The notes below the pieces were generated by a model. The model was not told the origin of the DNA, ran no database searches, and worked only from the letters and a program-made list of their open reading frames with translations. Position numbers and translations under genes: made by a program. Shown piece after piece: positions 40,340 through 52,299 of a stretch of DNA of 64,000 nt. Numbering within the stretch: position 1 is the first letter of the stretch; each line of letters starts with the position of its first letter. Source of the stretch: Euglena gracilis (lineage: Eukaryota); the NCBI GenBank assembly GCA_039621445.1, contig CP154954.1, forward strand, positions 20,322,642 to 20,386,641. The letters run 5' to 3'.

Positions 40340-40830
40340 TTTGTAAATGCAAAAATGCAAACGATCTTCAAGGAAATGCTTCCAAGGCCGACACACCAAC
40401 AATACATTAGAGAGTTCTTGGGAGGGCAGTTGCAAACGTCACAGAAAACGAGCAAACCCCCTTCCGGGGGTACCAACCCAACCTGACCCACTCCACCGCT
40501 CTCCCACCCTCCCGGTCCAACCTTTGAGCCCCCCCTCCTCTTGGGGTTGGCTCGGGAGAACTAAGGTTTCCAGTACGAACCCACATTCCCCAACATGAGA
40601 CACTGTATTTATCTTTATTTTGCATCTGGCCCGAGTTAAGCCCATTTTGCTAGGCGCAGGTCCAAAAAAAGGACCAAAACCAGGGCCTATCTACCAACAT
40701 GAAAACTGTGTATTTTGGAAATAACTGCCTAGGGCCACGAGTCGTCAAAAGGGCCCAATAGAAGAATTGCAACACCCGTGCAACACCCTATCCAATGGCA
40801 CCTGGCTCCATGGGTGACCAAAGTTGCACC
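40340..40830 (-). CDS. Possible F-box-like exons (may be a pseudogene)
   Basis: WSQVPLDRVL (about 40780-40810) and LPSQELSNVLLVCRPWKHFLED (40365-40435) resemble the two halves of an F-box. Confidence 0.33.
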
Positions 40831-41674
40831 CCGCATCCGTAACCCCATTTCTTGACGCGTTTTCCGGCCATTTCTGGTTCTCTTTGGCCAGCATCGCATC
40901 CCAAAAATGAATCGTTGTGGTTTTCTGGGTCAGATGTCCAAGCACCATCTAGGTCATCACTCATATTTTCCAGCACTCCTGGACATTGGGGAGGGGGGGA
41001 GAAAATTAATGTGGCCTCCTTTCCAGGACTATTTTCAGCCGTAAACACATTCTGTCACGTCGAGCACCTCCTTGACCACCCCAAAAACAGCAAAAAAAAA
41101 TCCGCCAAGCACAAATGGCCATTTCTCGGACCAGGCGGAGAGTTCGACTAAAAAAGCGAACAAACGACATGCCGGGTGTTCCCAAGGCTTTCTTTTAGGT
41201 CGCCAGACATTTCTTTTGATTCCCCATTATTTTTGGGTAATACTGAAGAAATTGATTTCTCAATCCAAAAAATGGCCAAAAACGACAGAGTTGAAGCGTG
41301 AGATGCTGTGTTGGAGTGTAAATTGGCCATGTCTTGGGCTAGTGGATTGCGGTGATATTAGTTTGGGCGTTTCAGGGGCTCTGGACATTTTGCTTGGTTT
41401 TGTGTCATGTTCCAGATGTTTGGCATTTCGCAATTTTTTAGCCAAAAAAAAAACGCCTGAAATTGGCCGAAAAATGGCCGTATCTCAGGCGAGGTGGGGA
41501 GTTGGAAAAAAAAAAAGTGAGGATACGGGGTGTTTTGGGGTGAGGCACGTCCAGCCTGGGCTTGACATTTTGCTACATTTTTGAAGGTTTTTGCCATTTT
41601 CTTTCTCAGAGCGACCTAAAATAAAGCTCCGGGTCGTGCCGGGCTGTCGAGCCACCAGGATGAGCCGGGCCAGG

Positions 41675-43179
41675 CAGGGGGGGGGGATTATGCGGTCTGG
41701 CAGGCGGGTAAAAAAATGCGGAAATTATGCGGAAAAATGCGGGAAAATGCGGAAATTATGCGGAAATTATGCGGAAATTATGCGGGAAAAAAATGCGGAA
41801 AATATGCGGAAAAATGCGGAAAATGCGGAAAATATGCCGAAATTCTATGGAGTCCCAGGTCACATAGAGAAGACAGATATATTTCTACCTCACAATATGC
41901 AGGGTCCCGATGCTATTTGATTTCCATCGCCGATGCCCAAGCTTGCCAGAAGTCACCAAAATGCAATGGAAAAACAAAGCACAATAAAAATGTTCAGCGG
42001 CAGTATGCCCATTGTTCAAAAGACACGGACGCAAATAAACAATGCAAACAGGTCAGAGGGAGGTGAAACGCCCAGACAAATCACCATTAAATTGAAGCAT
42101 AAACTCCAACCTCCGTGCATTTTGTGACAAAGCCCACTGATCGGCATCCAGCTGTCCACAAACGGAAAAAAACCTTTCCACACTTGAAGTGGCGACCGGG
42201 GTGGAAATCAGAAACAAAACACGTTCACGAAAAAGAGATGGCCGATGTCCTCCACCATTCAATTAACTCCTCTGGGCCGTCAATATCCCTTTTTGTGCAT
42301 TGCAAATATTGCATGAAATCTTCATCACATCCATCCAAACGCAACGCTGAGTACCATCACCCCCCCCTAAACGACCCCCCCCCCCCTAAATGACCCTCCG
42401 GGGTCCCGGCACAGACAATGGAAAATTTTTCAAGAAAAAGTCTTCAAAATTGACCGATTTTTTTGAGATTTTCAGAATCGTGAGTTTTCCTTCTAGTAGA
42501 AATGATGCCAGAGAACACAAATTTTACAAAAAAATTCCGAAAAAAAGGGGGTGTCCGAGACCCTTTTTTCCCGACCCCCCCCCCCCAAGTGACCCCCCCC
42601 CCTAAGTGACCCTCCGGGGTCTGGGCCGGGACAAGAGGGGGGTCATTTAGGGGGGGGTAATGGTAATCTGTGGGAGCTGATGACATAAGAGGCAAATTAT
42701 TTGGGTTGAGCACGCGAAGTTGACGGTAAAACTCAATTTGTTCCTTGCTTTTCTCAAAGCGAACATTCAAACCGTCCTGCAACGATTTCAAAACTCTGAT
42801 GAACATATCATGCAGAAACTGGGCTTGCACCTGAACTTGGACCCTTTTGGAGGAAAAAAAGATGCAGACAAATTATGCATAAATCAGAGATATGAAAAGA
42901 CGAGCACTTGTGCTCCAACATATTGGGGAAACAATGAACCTTGTAGTTGACCTAAACGTAAAAAAAACCACAAAAAATGCGGAAATTGTGCGGAAAAATG
43001 CGGGAAAATGCGGGAAAATGCGGAAAAAAATGCGGTCAAATGCGAAAATGCGGAAAAATGCGGAAAATTTACAAAAAATGCGGAAAATATGTGGAAAAAT
43101 GCGGAAAAATGCGGAATAATGCGGAATAATGCGGAATAATGCGGAATAATGCGGACCGCATAATTTCCCCCCCCCCCTG
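41675..43179 (-). mobile_element. Degenerate hAT transposon with transposase C-terminal remnant
   Basis: TIR cag(g)nattatgcggtc / gaccgcataatttc(c)nctg; 7-bp TSD ggccagg; subterminal tgcggaaa arrays; minus-strand EWWRT / LISTPVATSSVERFFS (hAT dimerisation motif) with frameshift. Confidence 0.88.
42354..42663. mobile_element. TA-flanked MITE interrupting the hAT transposase remnant
   Basis: TIR ccatcacccccccctaaa / tttaggggggggtaatgg flanked by TA; removal rejoins the frame PTDY-SALRLDG. Confidence 0.85.
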
Positions 43180-43409
43180 GGCCAGGCCTTTGGGCCGACG
43201 GGCCAGACTAGGCAAGGCGGAGCCCCTGGGCCATCGGGCTGGACCGGGCCAGGCCACTATGCATGTTGCTAAACTTTTCTTCGGAATGTAGTAATCAAAG
43301 CTTGGTCCATTTGGGGGAGTGTCCAAAATACAAAGGAAAAGTCAGATGGGTCAAGAGAAAATGACCCTCAGTCAGGCCTTGGGTCATTAAAGAGGGGTGG
43401 TCCGTTTTA

Positions 43410-43886
43410 CAGTCCCTGGGCGTAAATTGTCCCCCCCCGAAAATTTCCCCCCCCTGAAATTTGGGAATTTTCCTGGTTTTGCAAAAGGCTCCGAAACGGG
43501 CGAAAACTTCCCCCCCCTTCAGCCCCAGAGGAACAACTAAGGCAGGTGGGTTGGGACTTTTTTTTGTACATGCAAAGGCAGCACAGCTTCACCACTTGCA
43601 TGGCCCCTGGGTCGAGGACTTGGCATCTTTTGGGTTTTTTGTCCATTGAACCATCCCCGGCATGTATCCATCAATAAGACCCACCGCCCTGAACAGAGGT
43701 GTTTGGGAATATACCATAACAACCCCACAACATACGGCAAATGAATTCCGAATCCCGGTCGGCTTCATGGCTTCAAAGAATAGAAGGGACGGGACAAAGT
43801 GCCCGAAACGGCCGAAAATTCCCCCCCCCCATGGTCAAGAGCCCAAAAAATCCTCCCTAGGGGGGAAAATTTACGCCCAGGGACTG
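43410..43886. mobile_element. Tc1/mariner/pogo-type MITE
   Basis: Perfect TIR cagtccctgggcgtaaatt; TA TSD. Confidence 0.88.
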
Positions 43887-45211
43887 TAGGAGTGGGGGGT
43901 GGGGGGTCAAGTCACCACACGGAGGATGGAAAAAAACTAGCACATGGAATTTCCAGGGCTTGGAAAAAAAGATCAACTTAAAACTTGCAAATGCAATCTT
44001 CCAACAAGGAACCAGATTTATGTGACACTTGGACAGATGAGTCAAAACACTTTCAAGGAGCAACGCATCAAAACAGCATTGAAGCATCAACTCTGCAGAA
44101 GGGATTCTTCGTGATTTTGAAAAAGGATCTCATCCAGATTTTTCTTGATTCCCACATACCCCTCGATTGGACTGAGGTTGAGGTTAGTGGGAAAAAACCT
44201 CAACCTGAACGCCAACAATCTCTACCTCAACCTCAACCCCAATGAAACCGTCCAAATTCAGAAAATTGAACAGGCAAAAGGCATTGATTGGACAATCCTT
44301 CCTCAAAGGTGATATGTGTGTGCACAAACCTGCAAGTTTGTGCACATCATATCTGAAAAAATGTGCAGGTTGGTGATTTTAAACTTGAGATAAATGACCA
44401 ATTGCCCAAATTTTGAAAGATTCCAGTAATTTGTCGTTTTGTACATTTTTCACAATTTTTTTTGCCATTGAGTATTTTTCCTTCGAATTCAGACACAAAC
44501 GTGACATTGAGAAACATTGGGGCGACGGCAGTACAGTTGAGGTTTTTTGGGGACCCCCCCTCCCCCCCCCCCTGTACAGTTGGGATTTTCGGGACCCCCC
44601 CCCCCTAATGCCGACCCCCCCGAGACAGATGAAAATTTTGACACCAAAAATGGCCTTTTTAGACAAAAAAGGGCCTTAAAAATTTTCCGGCGCCTTTGGC
44701 GCCAGGTTTTTGGCCGATTTTTGAGGGGGGGGGGGTTGGCAGTACAGTTGGGACCCCAGGACCCCCCCCCTGGTGTTTAGACAGTACAGCAAAAAGTGAC
44801 TAACCTCCCTCAACCTCAACCTCAATTCCTCAATCCAGCCCCGCTCCTGGCGCCGGTGTCCAAGGGTCCTCATCACGGACGAAGCGGTGATAACAATGGT
44901 ATGGGGCATGCCCACCGCATGGGGCATGCCCACCGCCTGGTAGCGTCGAGGTTTACTGGTTTCCGAAGCGCCTAAATTTAGACACCGTAAACTCATCAAA
45001 TCCAACAAATCCAACAAGGAGGTGCTCTACCGAGCAATGGCAATGTTGAAGGTGGCCACAAACAGCCATTCCCTGACGGGCCACCCCCGCAGCCACAACA
45101 AGCCACGCCCACCTCTCCCAGCTGAAACCGTGTCCAGGGGATCCGGCTTCATGGACGCTGGTTCGGGCAGAAAATTTCCCGCCCGACATCCTAGGACGCC
45201 GGTTCTGTCGC

Positions 45212-45290
45212 GGGGGGGGGGGGGGGGGGGGGTGGGGGGGGGGGGGGGGGGGGGGTGGGGGGGTGGGGGGGGGGGGGGGGGGAGGGGGGG
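45212..45290 (+). repeat. Poly-G tract with single T/A interruptions
   Basis: Direct read. Confidence 0.9.
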
Positions 45291-45717
45291 TGGCGCGTGA
45301 GGGACCCCCCAAAAAAGTGTCAAAAAGTGTCCAAAAATGCTTTGTGGATATGTGGTAAACATATCTGAGCAGGTCATCGGCCAGAAACTAGGGATTTTTG
45401 TGCAATGCATTCCCTTTGGTCAATTTTGGTGAATTTTTGAAATAGAATACCATGCGGCATGCCTGAAATGGAGGCTATGCAGTCGAGTTCGGGTCACAAA
45501 ACCCCCCCTCCTCCCCTTGTCTAGTTGAGTTCGGACCTCGACAGGGGGGTCCCTCAATCCCTCAGGGTGGATAAGAGTTGTAACCCTAACCCTACTCCTT
45601 CCAGTAACCTCATAAATTCGTTTTGGCCACAGGTTTAACGCCATCAGGAATTCATTTATGCCAAAAGTGCACTTTTTATGCTCCACGGGGTGTGGCCAAG
45701 GGTTTGGATGCTTTTAA

Positions 45718-46725
45718 AAACGTGTTCAGCCCGCCAAATGCCTGCCCTGAAATTCGTAGTCATGAACACGTTTTCAATGAGGGCATTTGTGGCAATGACA
45801 CGTTTTCCATTAAGGCATCTGTGTTCAGGCACGTTTTCCATTAAGGTATCTGTGGCAATGACACGTTTTCCATTAAGGCATCTGTGTTCAGGCACGTTTT
45901 CCATTAGGGCATCTGTGGTAACCCCGAGCAAGAACCAAAAATTGATGTCATGAAAAATCGGCGTGCGGTTGAGAGGCCGGGTGGTCCTCAACGGGTGTGG
46001 CGGGTCGGGGGCACTCTACAACACGACAGAAGGCTAGGTTGCCTTGGAGCACAACGACACGGAGTGGCGGACATCACGGAACACGACACGCTTTACACAA
46101 AAAAGAGCCATGCTTTGGTGGCCGCCGCAAATCTTGGCAATGAAAATGATATGCCAAACCGCAGGCGTCACACACAACTTTGTTCAGCTCCACACAATTT
46201 GGATTTTTGGGAATGGCAAAGAAGAAAAGAGGTTGCCGAACGATTCCCTGAAACGAACAAAGTTCCCGACTGCTGCTCACGTTGAGCCAGACATTGTTCA
46301 ATGACGCTCGCCTCATCGAACAACAGGCTGGGTTCCAGCTCCCATCCCGTCCAGGCAACAAAGAAATCATCCAGCTCAGGATAAGAGGCTTGCCGATGTT
46401 GACACAGTTTGGCGAACCCCAAACAGTTGGCAACAGCACAAGCTCTGCTCCCACGGAGCCGGACTTTTTCTTTGTGTTGCCCTGTGCCAGCAAGGTGCCA
46501 TGAAGGGGGTCAACCTTCGGCTTCTTGGCATCTTGCTGGTATACCGCGAGAGCAGCCAGGAACAGTTCCGTCCTAGGGGGAGGTGGCAAAAGACCATTCA
46601 CAAAGTTTGCCGTGCGTTTGGCCATACTGGGAGGGCTGCGGAAAAAAGAAAAAAAAGAAAGAAAAAAGGGGGGGGTGACACGTTTTCAATGAGGGCATTT
46701 GCGGCAATGACACGTTTTCCATTAA
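45718..46725 (-). mobile_element. Second, right-truncated copy of the PHD-bearing TTAA element
   Basis: TTAA then same TIR; collinear with 50828-51950; ORF ends VCDACGLAYHFHCQDLRRPPKHGSFLCKAC. Confidence 0.75.
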
Positions 46726-47937
46726 GGCTGTGTTTATAGCAACATGGCTTTGGTCAAAGTCTGTGTTTCTAAACACAGACTTTGGCGTGCCGAAGTCTGT
46801 GTTTAGAAACACAGACTTTGACCTAAGTCTGTGTTTCTAAACACGGACTCCGACCAAGAAAATTGTGTTCACAATATTTGGACCCGAAGCATCCCGATGC
46901 AGAAATAAGGAGCACTTTGGGGGGGGGGGTCAATTTTTGGGCTTTGGCGCCTTCGGCGCCAAGAGAAAATAGCCACTTTGAGGGGGGGGGACAAATTTGC
47001 CAAAACGGCCATTGTGAGGGAGGGGACACTTTGGGGGGGGGTCAAACTTTGGGCTTTGGCGCCTTCGGCGCCCAGAAAAAATGGCCACTTTGAGGGGGGG
47101 GGACAAATTTGCCAAAACGGCCATTGTAGGGAGGGGACACTTTGGGTCAATTTTTGGGCTTCGGCGCCAAGGGGGGGGGAACAAATTTGCCAAAGCGGCC
47201 ATTTTGAGGGAGGGGACACTTTGGGGGGGGGGGTCAATTTTTGGGCTTTGGCACCTTCGGCGCCCAGAAAAAAAATGGCCACTTTGAGGAGGGGGGGAAC
47301 AAATTTGCCAAAACGGCCATTGTAGGGAGGGGACACGTTGGGGGGGGGGGTCAATTTTTGGGCTTTGGCGCCTTCGGCGCCAAGAGAAATTGGCCACTTT
47401 GAGGGGGGGGGACAAATTTGCCAAAAAATTGGCCACTCTGGGGGCACTTTGAGGGGTGAGGGTTTTTTTTTGTCCCAAGTGGCCCAGAGGGAAGTTCCCC
47501 AAAAATATCACCACACAAGGTTAGGTTAGGTGACATCTGGTGCTCATCAACTTAAGCCTACCAAAGAACTCTTGGATCGTTGGGTGCAGCGCCCACAGCA
47601 TTCTTATCAACGTTGCAAAGTGAAACAGCAAAATGGGGTATTGAAAGAAAAAGGAGTCGATGCAATCTTGTGTCACCTTTCACGTGTTCCCCATGTTTAA
47701 CGGTAATGTTACCACTGTTTCGAAAGGATTCTAGTTCGGAAGACCACAGGCGGCGGCAAAAAAACTGCCCGGCGGCCACATATTCTTATTCCGGGGTTTC
47801 CGGCCGTCCGGGATCTGTGCAGCGGATCCTAATTCAGCTTCGCTTTGTCCAAAAATTATGTCGTCAGTCTGCCGTCCTTCGTCGAGGTTCTGAAACACAG
47901 ACTTTGACCAAAGCCATGTTGCTTTATAAACACAGCC
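46726..47937. mobile_element. TTAA-flanked GG...CC element (Kolobok-like termini) containing a ~118-bp tandem array
   Basis: TIR ggctgtgtttata(aa)gcaacatggctttggtcaaagtctgtgtttc; TTAA on both sides; inverted partial copy at 57870-58674. Confidence 0.75.
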
Positions 47938-48283
47938 TTAAATAACTGCGTCTTAAACGCAGACTCTGACCTGAGTCTGCGTTTCGAAACGGCCCGACCT
48001 ATAGTCAAAAGTCCTTTGAAAAAGGGGGGGGTAATGCGGTACAGTGGCAATTTCTGTAGACCTCCAGAGGTCGGCCCGACCTCCAGAACTAGCATGGCCA
48101 ATATTCCGCCCGGGGCCGCAATTTACGGTGACGTTCAGTGGTTTTATGTTAATTTTTGAAACGTTAATGAAATGTTAACCAGGTTTTGAATAGTGCTGAG
48201 CTCTTAAGGGGACTTGCATGTAATGGAAGGCCGAAAAGACTAGGATTCCAAACTTCACGTTTCTGATATGTTGACCCCCCCAT

Positions 48284-48742
48284 CAGGGCGGGATTGAGGT
48301 TGAGGTTTGGAAAAAAACCTCAACCTCAATGTCAACAACCTCAACCTCAACCTCAACCTCAATGTCACCTCAATGTCCAAAATTCAAATAATTGAACTCA
48401 CAAAAAGCATCGATGGGACCATCTCGTCTTGAAAAAACCTTCCTCAAAGGCAAGTTTGTCAGCTTTTCTGCCAATTTACAACATAAGTGGGTGGAAACAA
48501 GAAAAACATTGTGGGTTGGTGATTTAAAACTTGAGATAAGTGACGAACTGCCCAATTTTTGAAAAAATCCATGTAATTTGCCTCTCTTTGTAACACTTTG
48601 TTCAAAGCTTTTTGTTGTTGAATCATTTTCCTTTGGATTTTGGTGACAATTGAGGAAAGATGGAGGTTGGAAAACCTCAACCGCAACCTCAACCTCAACC
48701 TCAACCTCAACCAACCTCAACCAATACCTCAATCCAGCCTTG
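48284..48742. mobile_element. CAGGG MITE with (cctcaa)n subterminal repeats; partial copies at 44170-44840 and 58679-59008
   Basis: TIR cagggcgggattgagg / cctcaatccagccttg; 7-bp TSD cccccat. Confidence 0.8.
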
Positions 48743-50827
48743 CCCCCATACACCCCATACCCGTTTTGTTGGATTTTTTCGACTTTTTTGACGCGTTTTT
48801 GACCCATAGTCAATGTGTTGGCGGCCAAAAACGGGGCTCTGGCGGGGCGAAAAATGCTCATTTTCGGCTCAAAAACAGTTTTTCCAAGTCCGGGAGGCCT
48901 AAAAACATCGTTTTAGGCAAAAAAAAAAATCGACTTTTTTGGGACTTTTTGGGACTTTATTGACCCGTCTTTGACCCAGACTCCATAGGTTTCGGGCCAA
49001 AAACGGGGTCGGGGGTCGAAAAACGCTCATTTTCGGCCCAAAAACAGTTTTCCCAGATCCGGGAGGCCCAAAAACATCGTTTCGGGCAATTTTTTTTTAT
49101 TTTAAAAATTTTTGACCCGTTTTTGACCCAAAGTCTACTACAAAAAAGGGGTGGCGGACGCCGGTTCTGTCCAAAACCCGGCGTCCGGAACGCCGGGTTT
49201 TGGACAGAACCGGCGTCCGCCACCCCTTGTTTAAACCGGCGTTTTAGAGACGCCGGGTTCAGGACAGAACCGGCGTCCCCACCCTTCGGTCAAAGGACAC
49301 TCCCAGGACCAATCTCCGACCACTTATGTGCAATGTCACGCCACTTTGCATTTCACCAAATTCCGGCGATCGCGAGGGTATTTCTGGCTGTGTCAATCGT
49401 CCAAGTACAAACTCACCCCTCAATCGAAAGCTCTTTTCATCAGACGACTGGCGATCACCACCAAATTCAGCCAAGCCGCCTGGAGCTCTTATTTTCTGTC
49501 ACTGGGAAATCCTAATTTCACAACTCTGGTGCCCCCCGGGACCCCTCAGGTGGTTGATTCGAAGAGAAAAAACGTTTCTGTAAGGTTTATTAAGCATCTT
49601 AAACCAAAAATCACTGAAAATTACCACAAATTTCGACGAAGATTCTGGCCGATCCGACGATCGCGAGCGTATCTCGGGCTGCGTGCAACGTTAGGGTACC
49701 AAGTTACCCCTCGATCGAAAGCTCTTTTCAACAGACGACCAGCGGTGGTCATCAAATCTTTCCACGCTGCACGGTACTCTATTTCCAAATCCGGGCCAAT
49801 TTTCACCAAATTTGGATATCCACCCTAGTGGTCCCCAAATGGCAAAATTCATTGTCCTAGATGGTTGAAACAGTCATACCAGCACCTTAGGGCCACTTCT
49901 GGGCACTTTTGGTGACATTTTTAGGAATGAAAACCGGACGCCGGGTTTTGTCCGGTTTTGGACAAAACCGGCGTTCCTAACGCTGGGTTTTAGGACAGAA
50001 CCGGCGTCCGTAAAACCCGTGGGGGGGGACGCCGGTTCTGTCCTGAACCCGGCGTCTCAAACGCCGGTTTAATGGGTTTTGGGCCAAAAACGGGGCGCCG
50101 GCGGAGAGGTGTACTTTTGTCAAAAGTGGCCCAAAATGGACATTTTCCCCCAATTTTTTTGCATATTCACCCCCGATTGGGGGGTTATGGAGCCATTTGG
50201 GTGGGTTTTGACTGGTGTTGAGGTGATTTAGACAAAAAAATTTTCCCAGGGAGGGGCTTAAAAGTCGGCGGTTTTGACCAGTACATTAGAGTGGGTAGTC
50301 GGCCGACTAGTCGGCCGACTACCCAATTGGTCCGCCGACTAGTCGGCCGACCAATTGGGTAGTCGGCCGACTAGTCACCACCCCCCCCCCCAGTCCACCG
50401 TTTGGCCCTCCTCCCCCCCCCCTCACCGACCCCCTCGCCACGCCATTTTACCCCCCCCCTTTTCAGACCCCCTCGCCACGCCATGTCAGGCCCGCCAAAG
50501 AAAATTTTCTTGGCAAACCCCCGCGCACCCCTCCCCCCCCCATCCGGGACCCCCTCGCCACGCCAAAAACCCCCCCTCCCCCCCCCCTAGCCGGAAACCT
50601 CGCCACGGCGTGCCGAGTCCCCAATGTTTGGTGGAGTGTGGGATATGTTTCGGATTCCGATCCATTTCCGATATGTTTTCCCGAATTTTTTTTGGCCATG
50701 TTTCGTGGGTCCCCCGGGCAGGGCCTTATGGGGGGGGACCCCTGGTCTTAAAAAAAAAGAACGACTGTCCCCCTGAACGCACGTCGCGTTAAGGGGAACC
50801 CCACCCCCTGACGCTTTGTGATTCTAA

Positions 50828-52152
50828 AAACGTGTTCAGCCCGCCAAATGCCTGCCCTGAAATTCGTGGTCATGAACACGTTTTCAATGAGGGCATTTGT
50901 GGCAATGACACGTTTTCCATTAAGGCATCTGTGTTCAGGCACGTTTTCAATGAGGGCATTTGTGGCAATGACACGTTTTCCATTAAGGCATCTGTGTTCA
51001 GGCACGTTTTCCATTAGGGCATCTGTGGCAACCCCGAGCAAGAACCAAAAATCGCTGTCATGAAAAATCGGCGTGCGGTTGAGAGGCCGGGTGGTCCTCA
51101 ACGGGTGAGGCGGGTCGGGGGCACTCTACAACACGACAGAAGGCTAGGTTGCCTTGGAGCACAACGACAGGGAGTGGCGGACATCACGGAACACGACACG
51201 CTTTACACAAAGAAACCGTGTTTGGGCCGATTTCGAGACTTTAGAAGTCTTAAATCTTCGCCCAAAACACGGTTTCAAACAAGAACAGTGTTTTGGGCCA
51301 AGGTTTTAGGGGGGCCCAGGGGCGACCGCGGCGCCTTCGGCGCCGCGGTCCCCGCCCGTGGGCTCCCCCTAACTCTTGGCCCAAACACAGTTCTTGACAC
51401 AAAAGAGCCATACTTTGGTGGCTCTTTTGCCAAATCTTGGCAATGAAAAGGATATGCCAATCCGCAGGCGTCACAGAGAACTTTGTTCAGCTCCACACAA
51501 TTTGGATTTTTGGGAATGGCAACACCACAGAAACCACATTCCTCGTGTTTTATTGGCAGTCGGGACACAGCACGAGGCACAGGGGGTTGGTCAGGGGACC
51601 ACACATTGTTCGATGACGCTCGCCTCATCGAACAACAGGCTCCCATCCCGTCCAGGCAACAAAGAAAGCATCCAGCTCAGGATAAGAGGCTTGCCGATGT
51701 TGACACAGTTTGGCGAACTCCAAACAGTTGGCAACAGCAGCAAGCTCTGCACCTACGGAGCCAAACTTTTTCTTTGTGTTGCCCTGTGCCAGCAAGGTGC
51801 CATGAAGGGGGTCCGTCCTAGGGGGAGGTGGCAAAAGACCATTCACAAAGTTTGCAGGGCTGCGGAAAAAAGAAAAGAAAAGAAAAAAAGGGGGGGTGAC
51901 ACGTTTTCAATGAGGGCATTTGTGGCAATGACACGTTTTCCATTAAGGCATCTGTGTTCAGGCACGTTTTCAGTGAGGGCATTTGTGGCAATGACACGTT
52001 TTCCATTAAGGCATTTATTTTGTGTTCAGGCACGTTTTCCATTAGGGCGCCGTTTTTGGGGTCCGAATTTCACAAATTCGCGTTTTTGACCCCTTGCGTG
52101 AATCATGACCACGAATTTCAGGGCAGGCATTTGGCGGGCTCTGAACACGTTT
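50828..52152 (-). mobile_element. TTAA-target DNA transposon derivative (Kolobok-like) with PHD-finger remnant
   Basis: About 48-bp TIR aaacgtgttcag(ag)cccgccaaatgcctgccctgaaattcgtggtcatga; flanks CTAA/TTAA; 59-bp subterminal repeats; CGFC...CDACGLAYxFHC motif. Confidence 0.75.
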
Positions 52153-52299
52153 TTAAACAAATTGTGGCTGAGCCCACAATTTGTGTGTAAAAAACGTCGT
52201 GGCATCAGGTTTTTGGGAGTGGAAAGCTGGGTAGAAGTGTGGTGAAACTGTCCATCTGAGATGATGCAGTGCATAGGGGGCGGCTTTTGACAAAATGTG

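Noticed and set aside
46863-47529. Repetitive 115-235 aa ORFs here and at 57762-58469
   Set aside because: Products of the ~120-bp tandem arrays; no protein features
52200-52210. tggcatcagg as a tRNA-iMet primer-binding site
   Set aside because: Only 8/10 match, not preceded by an LTR-ending CA, and no second LTR was found
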